Of a DNA stretch of 64,000 nt, positions 44,602-52,720 are shown one piece after another (positions within the stretch are counted from its first letter, which is position 1; each line of letters opens with the position of its first letter). This stretch comes from a virus (lineage: Duplodnaviria > Caudoviricetes): positions 1,143 to 65,142 of the IMG/VR virus record IMGVR_UViG_3300036945_000458; one strand, 5' to 3'. A model generated the notes under the pieces. That model did no database searches, was not told the DNA's origin, and was given only the letters and a program-made list of their open reading frames with translations. A program made the position numbers and the translations under genes.

Positions 44602-45005
44602 GATAAATTATATTTTTGTTTTAATTGTTCACGTCTTCTGTTGACTTCTTCATACTTATATATGTCACTCTCCACATTTGTATGTTCGTCCAGTGTCAAA
44701 AGTATGATATTTTCTTCATCCAAACTAGCTTCAGGGTACTTTTCCTTTGGGAGGATGTGATGGAAATATGTGCTCATAGGTTCTTTACCTAAAAATTTTC
44801 CACTAATTTCACTATAATGGGGCATTTTTTTCCAGATAGATAGAAAGAACTCTCTCATCTGTTTTGACCTGTCAAGTTTTCCTTGACAGCTCGTTTTGTC
44901 AAGTGTATTGCGTGGTTTACTTGACGTTTTTGATAGAGGCTTTCTGGGTTTATGGCGAAAGCAATATTCACTCTCGCCATTGTTCCCACATACTTTACAC
45001 TTCAT
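44598..45005 (-). CDS. HNH-like nuclease-family protein with N-terminal Cys/His cluster
   Basis: MKCKVCG...YCFRH; SEISG...FHHILPKEKYP...NIILLT.DEH. ATG at 45005 preferred. Confidence 0.55.
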   Translation of the reverse strand: MKCKVCGNNGESEYCFRHKPRKPLSKTSSKPRNTLDKTSCQGKLDRSKQMREFFLSIWKKMPHYSEISGKFLGKEPMSTYFHHILPKEKYPEASLDEENIILLTLDEHTNVESDIYKYEEVNRRREQLKQKYNLS

Positions 45006-45414
45006 TAGTAGTGCTTCTATTCTTTGGATCAAACAAAGACTTCACATGAGGATTAATTCTGATTCCCTCTAAGATTTGTCTTTCAAAATTAAGGTCTCTG
45101 TTGATTGCACTGTCTTCTGTGAACTTGTCTGGATAACGTGCTGCAAGTTTAGCAATGTTAGTTTCTAAGATATCTCTTAGGTCCCATCCATTCATGTTAC
45201 ATAAATTAGCAACATACCACATAAGGTCTCCAACTTCTTCTTTGATATTTACAAAGTCTAGTGGTTTTTTGTATGCAATACATTTCTTGTATACATCAGC
45301 AATTTCTGCTGCTTCTGTTTGCATTCCTAGGACCATATGGAGATCATCCATAATAGCCCCATCAATTCTAGCACATGTACGTGCTGCTTCTGTCTGATAA
45401 GTGTTAATATCCAT
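44995..45414 (-). CDS. MazG-like nucleoside triphosphate pyrophosphohydrolase
   Basis: GMQTEAAEIADVYKK, KEEVGDLMWYVA, NIAKLAARYP. Confidence 0.88.
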   Translation of the reverse strand: MDINTYQTEAARTCARIDGAIMDDLHMVLGMQTEAAEIADVYKKCIAYKKPLDFVNIKEEVGDLMWYVANLCNMNGWDLRDILETNIAKLAARYPDKFTEDSAINRDLNFERQILEGIRINPHVKSLFDPKNRSTTNEV

Positions 45415-45416
45415 TG

Positions 45417-46463
45417 TTATAAATTAAAATTTTCTTCTTCTTCCACCACTTCTATTTCCTCTACAGGAATGTCTGTCTGTTGTATTTTATCAACGATCTT
45501 CTGTCTTAGTTCATCATAAAACTCTGGGTTGTTAAGGATTAACTGTTTGAATTCATCAAGATCATATTTGACAAAATCAAGAGTGAATGTCTTACCATAC
45601 TTACGTCCTATCTCAAACTCATTAAGAAGTTCCATCATCTCTGTAAGCTTGTCAATACCTTTACCATACACAATCTCAAACTGAGATAATCTATATGGAG
45701 GAGACATCTTGTTCTTGATACCTCTAAGCTTAGTGATATTACCATAAGTTACATCACCATCTTTTGCCAAGGTTCTACTCACTTCTATTCTTGCATCGCT
45801 ATAGAACTTAAGTGCATGTCCACCCTGAGTTGTAGTAGGGTTACCAAACATAACACCAATCTTCTCTCTATATTGGGATATTACGATAACACATACATTG
45901 TGTTCTGATAGAGCAGACTTTAGTTTTGGATAGGCATTACTGTTTAGTAAAGCTTTCTTACCAATAGAGCTGTCACCCACTTCACCATCTAACACCTTCT
46001 TAGGAATCAATGATGAATCTGAATCTATGATTACAAGATCAATGTCTCCAGTGTTAATCATTTCCATTGCAATGTTGAATCCCTCTTCGCCACATGATGG
46101 TTGAGCAATCAACATCTTAGTTGTATCCACTCCTAATGATTGGAAGTATTTCTTGTCAACAGCATGCTCACCATCTATGTATAGAACAGTGCCACCTTTC
46201 TTTTGACATTCTGCAGTTACATGACCACAGATTGTAGATTTACCTGTACCCTCCCAGCCCATGAGCTCGTACATCTTACCTTTTACAAATCCTCCTACAC
46301 CTAAAGTGATCCAATCAAAACCAATACTACCTGTACTGATTACATCATAATTTCCTTCAGACTTAGAGTCTAATGCTAATATGGTTCCTACACCATATTG
46401 TTTGTTTAATTTGTCAAGAGCTGCTTCTATGCCCCCTTTTTCTTCAGCTTTTTTCTTTGCCAT
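45417..46463 (-). CDS. recA: RecA-family recombinase
   Basis: ISTGSIGFD, GWEGTGKST, YIDGEHA, IIDS, SQYREKIGVMFGNPTTTQGGHALKFYS, KNKMSPP. Confidence 0.95.
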   Translation of the reverse strand: MAKKKAEEKGGIEAALDKLNKQYGVGTILALDSKSEGNYDVISTGSIGFDWITLGVGGFVKGKMYELMGWEGTGKSTICGHVTAECQKKGGTVLYIDGEHAVDKKYFQSLGVDTTKMLIAQPSCGEEGFNIAMEMINTGDIDLVIIDSDSSLIPKKVLDGEVGDSSIGKKALLNSNAYPKLKSALSEHNVCVIVISQYREKIGVMFGNPTTTQGGHALKFYSDARIEVSRTLAKDGDVTYGNITKLRGIKNKMSPPYRLSQFEIVYGKGIDKLTEMMELLNEFEIGRKYGKTFTLDFVKYDLDEFKQLILNNPEFYDELRQKIVDKIQQTDIPVEEIEVVEEEENFNL

Positions 46464-46483
46464 TTTGATTGATTTTTGTTATA

Positions 46484-46491
46484 CAAATTTA
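46484..46491 (-). promoter_or_regulatory. Possible -7 element TAAATTTG upstream of recA
   Basis: Minus-strand TAAATTTG about 20 nt before the recA ATG, just downstream of a terminator. Confidence 0.5.
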
Positions 46492-46545
46492 ATAATAATT
46501 CTTGTTATTTCCTAGTAATAATAGGACTTGACGATGGGTTTAAGG

Positions 46546-46575
46546 AAGAAAAAGCCCCAGAATTTCTTCTGAGGC
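46546..46575 (-). terminator. Rho-independent terminator
   Basis: Minus strand GCCTCAGAA-GAAA-TTCTGGGGC followed by a T-tract. Confidence 0.75.
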
Positions 46576-46603
46576 AGTCTCCAAAAACAAATCAAAAATC
46601 AAA

Positions 46604-46771
46604 TCAAATCGTTTCTTTATTACCTTTAATGGATCGTGGTGTATAAGGACAATGCTTGCAATCATTTCCACAGCAGCTTCCTTTTTTCAGGTTATATGCT
46701 TCTGTAAAAATAACTCTACCATCTTCTATATAGTAGTCAATGTCCTTAATAAATTCTTTCTTCTCACTCAT
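46604..46771 (-). CDS. DUF5522-like Cys-rich small protein (55 aa), not in ORF track
   Basis: MSEKKEFIKDIDYYIEDGRVIFTEAYNLKKGSCCGNDCKHCPYTPRSIKGNKETI*; the DYY...FTE...CCGNxCxHCPY pattern is what I recall for DUF5522. Confidence 0.7.
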   Translation of the reverse strand: MSEKKEFIKDIDYYIEDGRVIFTEAYNLKKGSCCGNDCKHCPYTPRSIKGNKETI

Positions 46772-47108
46772 GACCTTTATTCATTTTGCTCTCGACAGTT
46801 ATATGCTTATCGAGATTGTATTGTTGTATTGCTTTCAACACAAAATCTCTGCCTATCTTTAATTTTTTAGCAGTTTGTCTTCCACTCTTGAGTTCTAAAT
46901 AAGTTTCAATAATTTGAATCTTACGTGGATCATGTTCTTTGCTTCGTGTATCTAATCGTTTATATGAAACTATTTCTAGTTCTTGGCTAAAAGTAAACAC
47001 TTTTGTTTGCCCTCCATATACACCTTTGATTCCTAATGCCATTACACGCTTCATGAGTGTGCTAACAGGTATGTTATGTTTCTTGCTTATTTGTTGATAG
47101 GTTGGCAT
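46764..47108 (-). CDS. Putative double helix-turn-helix DNA-binding protein
   Basis: TYQQISKKHNIPVSTLMKRV and SGRQTAKKLKIGRDFVLKAI HTH-like segments. Confidence 0.6.
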   Translation of the reverse strand: MPTYQQISKKHNIPVSTLMKRVMALGIKGVYGGQTKVFTFSQELEIVSYKRLDTRSKEHDPRKIQIIETYLELKSGRQTAKKLKIGRDFVLKAIQQYNLDKHITVESKMNKGHE

Positions 47109-47346
47109 ACTTCATCTGTTTTATGATTTCACTCTCGTTCTCATACACATATTTGTATCTGTTATCCTTATACTCTTCTAATACAAAAGATTCTTTAGGT
47201 AGTCTTCTGAAACAATATGCACTAGAACTAGCTTCTATAGCTAAGATGAAGTGCTCGTCATTATATCCACAAACTTTACCTTTGTACGTAGGATGAACAA
47301 TTTCAAATTCTTTAAAGTCATTAAACAGGATTTCCATTCGTTTCAT
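47074..47346 (-). CDS. Hypothetical protein
   Basis: ORF in operon (alternative ATG at 47337). Confidence 0.55.
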   Translation of the reverse strand: MKRMEILFNDFKEFEIVHPTYKGKVCGYNDEHFILAIEASSSAYCFRRLPKESFVLEEYKDNRYKYVYENESEIIKQMKYANLSTNKQET

Positions 47347-47659
47347 TTTCAGAATTATTTAAACTTGCCAATCTTCTCTCAATTTCAAATTCCACTTTAA
47401 GAATGAAATTTATTTTCTCTTCCAGCTCTTGATGCATGATTCTTCCTACAAAGGGTAGGACTTCATCAAGGTTTGTATGCACTCTAGCCATCCCAAATTT
47501 AGTTTTAATTTGTTGATATTTAAAGCCATCTATCTTTATAAGATCTTGGAATACTTGGTCTACATAATGTATCACTGCAGGAATATCAATGCTTATTCCA
47601 TAATGATCTTGTTCTAAGAAGTCTTCATACTTCTCATTAAATTCGTTTGATGTTCTCAT
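47321..47659 (-). CDS. Hypothetical phage protein (QIKxKFG motif)
   Basis: YQQIKTKFGMARV, a motif I recall from small phage proteins. Confidence 0.6.
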   Translation of the reverse strand: MRTSNEFNEKYEDFLEQDHYGISIDIPAVIHYVDQVFQDLIKIDGFKYQQIKTKFGMARVHTNLDEVLPFVGRIMHQELEEKINFILKVEFEIERRLASLNNSENETNGNPV

Positions 47660-47678
47660 TGTTGTTGATTTAAAATTT

Positions 47679-47710
47679 AAAAAGGGACAGTAAAGTTAAT
47701 CTACTGCCCC
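47679..47710 (-). terminator. Rho-independent terminator
   Basis: Minus strand GGGGCAGTAG-ATTAACT-TTACTGTCCC-TTTT. Confidence 0.6.
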
Positions 47711-47733
47711 CTAATAAACAAATTAATAATTAA

Positions 47734-48123
47734 TTATTCCTCCAATTGTGGTGATTCAATAGGTGTTAGTTTCTCTTCAAGAATTCTGAATACATGTTGA
47801 ATGATTAATTCTTCAGCATCTTTTCTTGTAGTTGCTTCAGTTTCTGCATCATTGTCACTAATTTGTGCATGAAATTTTCCAACAACGTGAAACACATTGA
47901 TAATAATTCCTTGTGCATCAAATACATCAAACAAACTTCTTGGTTGAGCATCTATCATTATAGATAGTTTTTCATTATCAATGCCTTGTTGTCTCATAAA
48001 TTCTTTGAACTCATCAGGAACATCTTGTGCATTGTTTATAGATTCAACCATCTTCTCCATGAACCATGCTCTAAGCACTTCTGCTGTTTTAGGATTTGCA
48101 TTTAACAATTCAATTGCCTTCAT
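47734..48123 (-). CDS. Hypothetical protein
   Basis: ORF in operon. Confidence 0.6.
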   Translation of the reverse strand: MKAIELLNANPKTAEVLRAWFMEKMVESINNAQDVPDEFKEFMRQQGIDNEKLSIMIDAQPRSLFDVFDAQGIIINVFHVVGKFHAQISDNDAETEATTRKDAEELIIQHVFRILEEKLTPIESPQLEE

Positions 48124-48125
48124 AT

Positions 48126-48314
48126 TTATTTTTTAAGGGTTACACTTGCTTCTAGCCACCAGTCACGTTCATAATCAAACTCACAAAGACCATCTAGGTC
48201 TTTGCAAGCATTGTATTTTATGTCGTACATGACACTGACTATCTCTGCAAATTTAGCAATTTCTTCTTTGCCAAATTGCTCTACTAACTTATTAACTAAC
48301 TGTTGATTGTACAT
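48126..48314 (-). CDS. Hypothetical protein
   Basis: ORF in operon. Confidence 0.55.
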   Translation of the reverse strand: MYNQQLVNKLVEQFGKEEIAKFAEIVSVMYDIKYNACKDLDGLCEFDYERDWWLEASVTLKK

Positions 48315-48858
48315 GTTCTTTAATTTTATCTAAGTTTAACACTTCTTTTTGTTCGTCCCAGCCATCCCAGACTTCCTGGTCTTCGTCAAAGGTTACATCT
48401 AATTTGTCTTCCCAAAATTCTCTAAGATCTTCTGTCTTCTTGAAGATACGAAGTTGTAATGACAATTCATCTTTATGTAATCCATTCCTTATGATTTTGA
48501 CAGCTTTTGGAAACACGTCTTGGAAAGCTTTAGAAGTTTTTGAATATTTGCCTTCTTGAATTAGCTTAAAATCCTTTTTGAATTTAGGATTAAGCTTACA
48601 TACAACAACAACAAATCCATCTTCGTAATCATAATCTTCTATGATATGATTCTTTTTTTCATATTCCACATTCAGAAACTCTCTGAATTTATCAAGATCA
48701 TTTGGTTGAAAGAGAATATACACAGCATCTTCATACTGTGTATCTCTTCTTTCATCTTTCATGTAACCATTGATAAAACCATTTTCTTTCAAAGTATCTT
48801 TAGGGAACTTCAATGTTGGAATCATAAAAATACTTGTTATGGTTTTTTTCACATCCAT
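48292..48858 (-). CDS. Hypothetical protein adjacent to exonuclease
   Basis: 188-aa ORF in operon. Confidence 0.6.
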   Translation of the reverse strand: MDVKKTITSIFMIPTLKFPKDTLKENGFINGYMKDERRDTQYEDAVYILFQPNDLDKFREFLNVEYEKKNHIIEDYDYEDGFVVVVCKLNPKFKKDFKLIQEGKYSKTSKAFQDVFPKAVKIIRNGLHKDELSLQLRIFKKTEDLREFWEDKLDVTFDEDQEVWDGWDEQKEVLNLDKIKEHVQSTVS

Positions 48859-48859
48859 A

Positions 48860-49912
48860 TTACCCTTTTATATTGGTTTTACCATTGTTAACATAATTCT
48901 CTCTGCTCATATTCCACACATCATTTTCTACAGCCCAATGTAAATCTTTAATAAGAGAATTAACACCTGGATACTTACGTCCTTTGTGTTCAAATCCATG
49001 ATATGCATCTTGCATGTCATCTAAATCAAGAGTGTAAATAAGAGGATTGAAATAGTTTGTGGAATCACAAATCATAAACTGTGGATAGAGTACTGTGTAT
49101 CCATAGAATTCATTGTTCATGTCATGTGCTAGATGAATCATTGCACTCCAATACAAATAAGCTTGAATGTATGCTCTACGATATAGATAGTATTCTTCAT
49201 AGAATCCTTCTACAGCCCACACACATTTCAAATCATAAATCTGTATAGTCTGCTCATCGTGATCAATCACCACCTTATCCATCATACTCTTGAACAAGTG
49301 CCCATCAATTTCATATCCTTCAACCTGGAACTGGTTCAATATTGTATATCTAGAACTATTAACCAAGTTTACAATACCCTTAGTGACAAAGTTAGTTTTG
49401 AGCTCTTCAACAATTCTTTCAGCATTGGAAATATCTTGTGTATTTACAACTGTAAGATTGTTTGTTCTCACCTTTCTAATCTCATCATAATAGATTTGAG
49501 CATCAGAGTCTAGAAACTTACTAATCACAGCCTCGTAGTTGATTTTGAATCCTGAGAGCACATAAGCTTCTTGTGTCATATCAGCCATTGTTTTTGTCAC
49601 CTCACCTGCTTCATTTGTAGACTCAGCTGTTACACGATATAATGCTTCAACAAAATCTAACATAAGCCCTGTTGGTGTTTTCATACATGCAGACATATAG
49701 AATCTGTTATCAAACTCTTCTGGCTCTAGTAACAATGTTTCTACAATACGTCCCATTGTTGCAGATAGATTGTCTTTGTCTTCAACCTTTTCTCCTTTAA
49801 TGTACTTTTTGTAATACTTCTTGCGATCAACGCTGAAGTCTTTCAATGAACTACTGCTGTCCATTTTAACTGCTCTATACTGAGCTTCAGTTTTTGTTAC
49901 TCCCTTTATCAT
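48860..49912 (-). CDS. PD-(D/E)xK exonuclease (ExoVIII/DUF3799-like)
   Basis: SSSSLKDF, MGRIVETLLLEPEEF, FKSMMDKVVIDH...IYDLK, YIQAYLY. Confidence 0.8.
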   Translation of the reverse strand: MIKGVTKTEAQYRAVKMDSSSSLKDFSVDRKKYYKKYIKGEKVEDKDNLSATMGRIVETLLLEPEEFDNRFYMSACMKTPTGLMLDFVEALYRVTAESTNEAGEVTKTMADMTQEAYVLSGFKINYEAVISKFLDSDAQIYYDEIRKVRTNNLTVVNTQDISNAERIVEELKTNFVTKGIVNLVNSSRYTILNQFQVEGYEIDGHLFKSMMDKVVIDHDEQTIQIYDLKCVWAVEGFYEEYYLYRRAYIQAYLYWSAMIHLAHDMNNEFYGYTVLYPQFMICDSTNYFNPLIYTLDLDDMQDAYHGFEHKGRKYPGVNSLIKDLHWAVENDVWNMSRENYVNNGKTNIKG

Positions 49913-49917
49913 AATTT

Positions 49918-50139
49918 TTATTTAATAATTGTTACTTCTCCTTGCGTTTCAATCCAAACGTGTGCTCCACAACTTAGTGGTTTATCTGGACTATACACTA
50001 TCTTACTAGGACCATCTATCTCAACTTCGTGAGCATATCTATTCTCTTTGTAAGTTTTAACAGTTAGAACAGGGTCTTCAACTCCATTCTTTCTGTTAGC
50101 TTTGATTACGTGTTGATTCACATGTATTATTGTTTTCAT
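49918..50139 (-). CDS. Conserved small phage protein
   Basis: IHVNQHVIKAN...VKT...GPSKIVYSPDKPLSCGAHVWIET, recalled as a widespread phage family. Confidence 0.7.
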   Translation of the reverse strand: MKTIIHVNQHVIKANRKNGVEDPVLTVKTYKENRYAHEVEIDGPSKIVYSPDKPLSCGAHVWIETQGEVTIIK

Positions 50140-50363
50140 AGCGTTTGTTTAAATGCTTCAATAATTTGTGGATGCAATGCTCTCACTTCTTTTGGTACTC
50201 TTTGGAAAAACCATCTTATTTCTAGCTCATAAGGTTCACCCTTATCATCTACATTCTGTGGATGTATCATCCAGAAATAATGTTTCTCACCTTCGTGTTC
50301 TACAAATCCTTCATGCCATATCTCTGTGAACGAAGGTTCTTTGTTAATGACTATCTGATTCAT
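50136..50363 (-). CDS. Hypothetical protein
   Basis: ATGA-coupled ORF. Confidence 0.6.
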   Translation of the reverse strand: MNQIVINKEPSFTEIWHEGFVEHEGEKHYFWMIHPQNVDDKGEPYELEIRWFFQRVPKEVRALHPQIIEAFKQTL

Positions 50364-50596
50364 AGTTCTACTTTATCAGGGTTCCACTCATATCCCAACA
50401 GTCTATAACTTTTACTCTCATAGTTAAAAGTCTTTGATGTTGAAACTAGTTTTGATTTTAACTCTTCAGGAGTTAACGTCATAATGTCCCCATTGTGCAT
50501 TATCTGAAAGTTTTCATTTAACTTCAGACACTCTCTGACATCATAGTCTCTGACCTCAGCGTTACCATTGTACAGTTTTTTAGATTCTCTTCTCAT
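50360..50596 (-). CDS. Hypothetical protein
   Basis: ATGA-coupled ORF. Confidence 0.6.
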   Translation of the reverse strand: MRRESKKLYNGNAEVRDYDVRECLKLNENFQIMHNGDIMTLTPEELKSKLVSTSKTFNYESKSYRLLGYEWNPDKVEL

Positions 50597-50597
50597 T

Positions 50598-50846
50598 TTA
50601 TTTTAAAATTAATGTTGATACTAACAGCCCCACAGCACTACCAAAGGCAGCACCTGACGCATACGTTATCCTATCTAGCAATGTTCCAAATGCAACTTTC
50701 TTTACATTCCAACTCCATATGAATGAAATCATAAAAGCACATAGGAACACTCCTACATAAAATATCTTACTTAAAAAGTAAGTGTTGATTGCTACAAAGA
50801 ACACTTGTACAAATCCTGTTATAAACAGTTTGACTCCATCTCTCAT
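50598..50846 (-). CDS. Small 3-TM membrane protein
   Basis: Hydrophobic helices; YASGAAFGSAVG. Confidence 0.6.
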   Translation of the reverse strand: MRDGVKLFITGFVQVFFVAINTYFLSKIFYVGVFLCAFMISFIWSWNVKKVAFGTLLDRITYASGAAFGSAVGLLVSTLILK

Positions 50847-51607
50847 ATGATATTTTCTTTGATTAATAATGCTCTTACCTTTTCTATAAGATCTTCAATA
50901 GTTCCATCATTGATAATTTCATAATCAAACTTAGCATCATCAAGAGCTGTTTCTGAAGGATGTAGTCTTGAAGAATCTCCTTTCCATAAGTCCATGTGCT
51001 TTTGATTTGTTGGATCAAATGGAATAGTCTCAACATTTTCAGGACCTCTTGACTGTTCTACTGTTTTTGGATAACGCACTACTCTAATAGTAATACCTTC
51101 TTTTTCTTCTACAGCTTCCATCTCATTAGGAAATCTCATGTCTGTAATAATCCATTTAGGATATTTGATACTTACAGCAAAGTCTACTTCACCTGTATCT
51201 GATTCAATCCATGTACCATCAGCCTGTAATAGTTCTCTTTTGCTTTTATAATCAGCAAACAAAGCATTTACCCATACATTTGTATGTAATCCATCACGCA
51301 TTGCTTCTGTACCAAGCTTCTGAAGAAACTCTCTGTATGTCATTTTCCATTGAAGACCCATATGTTTTTGTTTAAACTGTTGGTTTTCAAACATCTCTAT
51401 AGGAATCCCAGTAAGAAGAGAAGCTATTGTCTTTAGCTTCCCTGCAAACTTCTTAATTTTAAAAGATGAGTTTCTTTCAAGAGTGACATCATCATAAGTT
51501 TGAAATCCTATGTATTGACCATCTGGTTCTTGTTTAGTAAGCCATTGAATAATCTTACCAACAGTATCCTTACCACTGCCAATCTTACCATTTACACCTA
51601 TTATCAT
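50843..51607 (-). CDS. Deoxynucleoside monophosphate kinase (T4 gp1-like)
   Basis: IIGVNGKIGSGKDT, KFAGKLK, REFLQKLGTE, IITDMRFPNE, HPSET, IINDGTIEDL. Confidence 0.9.
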   Translation of the reverse strand: MIIGVNGKIGSGKDTVGKIIQWLTKQEPDGQYIGFQTYDDVTLERNSSFKIKKFAGKLKTIASLLTGIPIEMFENQQFKQKHMGLQWKMTYREFLQKLGTEAMRDGLHTNVWVNALFADYKSKRELLQADGTWIESDTGEVDFAVSIKYPKWIITDMRFPNEMEAVEEKEGITIRVVRYPKTVEQSRGPENVETIPFDPTNQKHMDLWKGDSSRLHPSETALDDAKFDYEIINDGTIEDLIEKVRALLIKENII

Positions 51608-51708
51608 ATTGATTTGTTTTTAGAATTACAGGTTTTACATTTGAGAGTTTCTACATCAAAGTTTCTCTCTGTTTTGCACTTATTGCAATATTGATATAGC
51701 GTAACCAT
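51604..51708 (-). CDS. Zinc-ribbon microprotein (34 aa), not in ORF track
   Basis: MVTLYQYCNKCKTERNFDVETLKCKTCNSKNKSI*; TAATG and ATGA coupling at the two ends. Confidence 0.6.
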   Translation of the reverse strand: MVTLYQYCNKCKTERNFDVETLKCKTCNSKNKSI

Positions 51709-52256
51709 TACTCAGCAGCCCATCCAAATAAAATCCATCTACCTTCTTTCTCTGATGTAGACTTCTTGTAACTAATCTTAGCAACTTGGTCACTACATTT
51801 CTCTAACACTTTAACCATGTGAATGGTTGTTTGTTCCTGAGTTTTCTCAGTGTAGGTTCTAGCAGCCTTTACAGCATCTCCTTTTGTAGCATGTGAGCTA
51901 AGATCATTTCCATTGTATTTTCTTACAACGTATTTCAACACCCATTTCTTTGTTCCTGGTGTTACAATATGATCCACTTGAGATTTAACCTTGTTTGAAT
52001 TAGTCTTTGGTTCTTCTAAACATATAGCAGCGCAATCACGCTTACTTAATCTGTCCCATTCAGCTTCAATGAATGCATTCAATTCTTTCTTACTTCTTTT
52101 AAAAGATTGTGTAACATCTATAAAACCACTTGTAGTACTAATAGTACCATTATATGGATCATCTCCATATTCTCTTGTTGCATATTCTACTGCTCTCTCG
52201 TAAGCATCTGATAAATTTTTACCTCTGCTATACATTGTGAAATTACTTGCTCCCAT
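51708..52256 (-). CDS. Hypothetical protein
   Basis: MGA...EYGDDPYNGTIST...WILFGWAA. Confidence 0.65.
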   Translation of the reverse strand: MGASNFTMYSRGKNLSDAYERAVEYATREYGDDPYNGTISTTSGFIDVTQSFKRSKKELNAFIEAEWDRLSKRDCAAICLEEPKTNSNKVKSQVDHIVTPGTKKWVLKYVVRKYNGNDLSSHATKGDAVKAARTYTEKTQEQTTIHMVKVLEKCSDQVAKISYKKSTSEKEGRWILFGWAAE

Positions 52257-52659
52257 TTGTTTTAATTTTTTTAGTTAAACTTTTTTCTTTTTGTGTCTTC
52301 TCATTGTGACACGTTTCGCACAACACTTGTAGATTCTCTTGTTCACAAAATAATCTTTCAACAAAACCTGGAAGATCATTTGCACACGTAAGTGTTCCTG
52401 CAGGATGGATATGATCCACGTTAATCTTCTTCTCAGGATACCAATTCTTACAGCTGTTACACTGATATTCAAACTTTTGTCTTTTAAGTGGACCTGTGTA
52501 AGGTCTACGTGCTCTTAATTTGCATTCTGTTATAGGCTTCCACCATCTGCTCTTTTGTCTTAAGCCACTTCTAATAAAACTCCAGAACATAGATTCACTC
52601 ATTGTTCCAGCATTTCTATTTTTTACAACTCTTGACACTCTTACTACTTTCTTTGCCAT
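52243..52659 (-). CDS. HNH endonuclease-family protein
   Basis: YQCNSC, NVDHIHP, NLQVLCETCHNEKT. ATG at 52659 preferred. Confidence 0.85.
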   Translation of the reverse strand: MAKKVVRVSRVVKNRNAGTMSESMFWSFIRSGLRQKSRWWKPITECKLRARRPYTGPLKRQKFEYQCNSCKNWYPEKKINVDHIHPAGTLTCANDLPGFVERLFCEQENLQVLCETCHNEKTQKEKSLTKKIKTNGSK

Positions 52660-52674
52660 AATATTATAATTAAA

Positions 52675-52709
52675 ATTTGTCCCAAATTTATACCAAATTT
52701 GGGACAAAT
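52675..52709. repeat. Perfect 15-bp inverted repeat with 5-nt spacer
   Basis: ATTTGTCCCAAATTT-ATACC-AAATTTGGGACAAAT between rIIB and the HNH gene. Confidence 0.9.
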
Positions 52710-52720
52710 AATTAATTTAA

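Noticed and set aside
46580-46612. Short AAATC repeats (caaatcaaaaatcaaatcaaatc)
   Set aside because: Too short and AT-rich to separate from chance; partly overlaps a stop codon.
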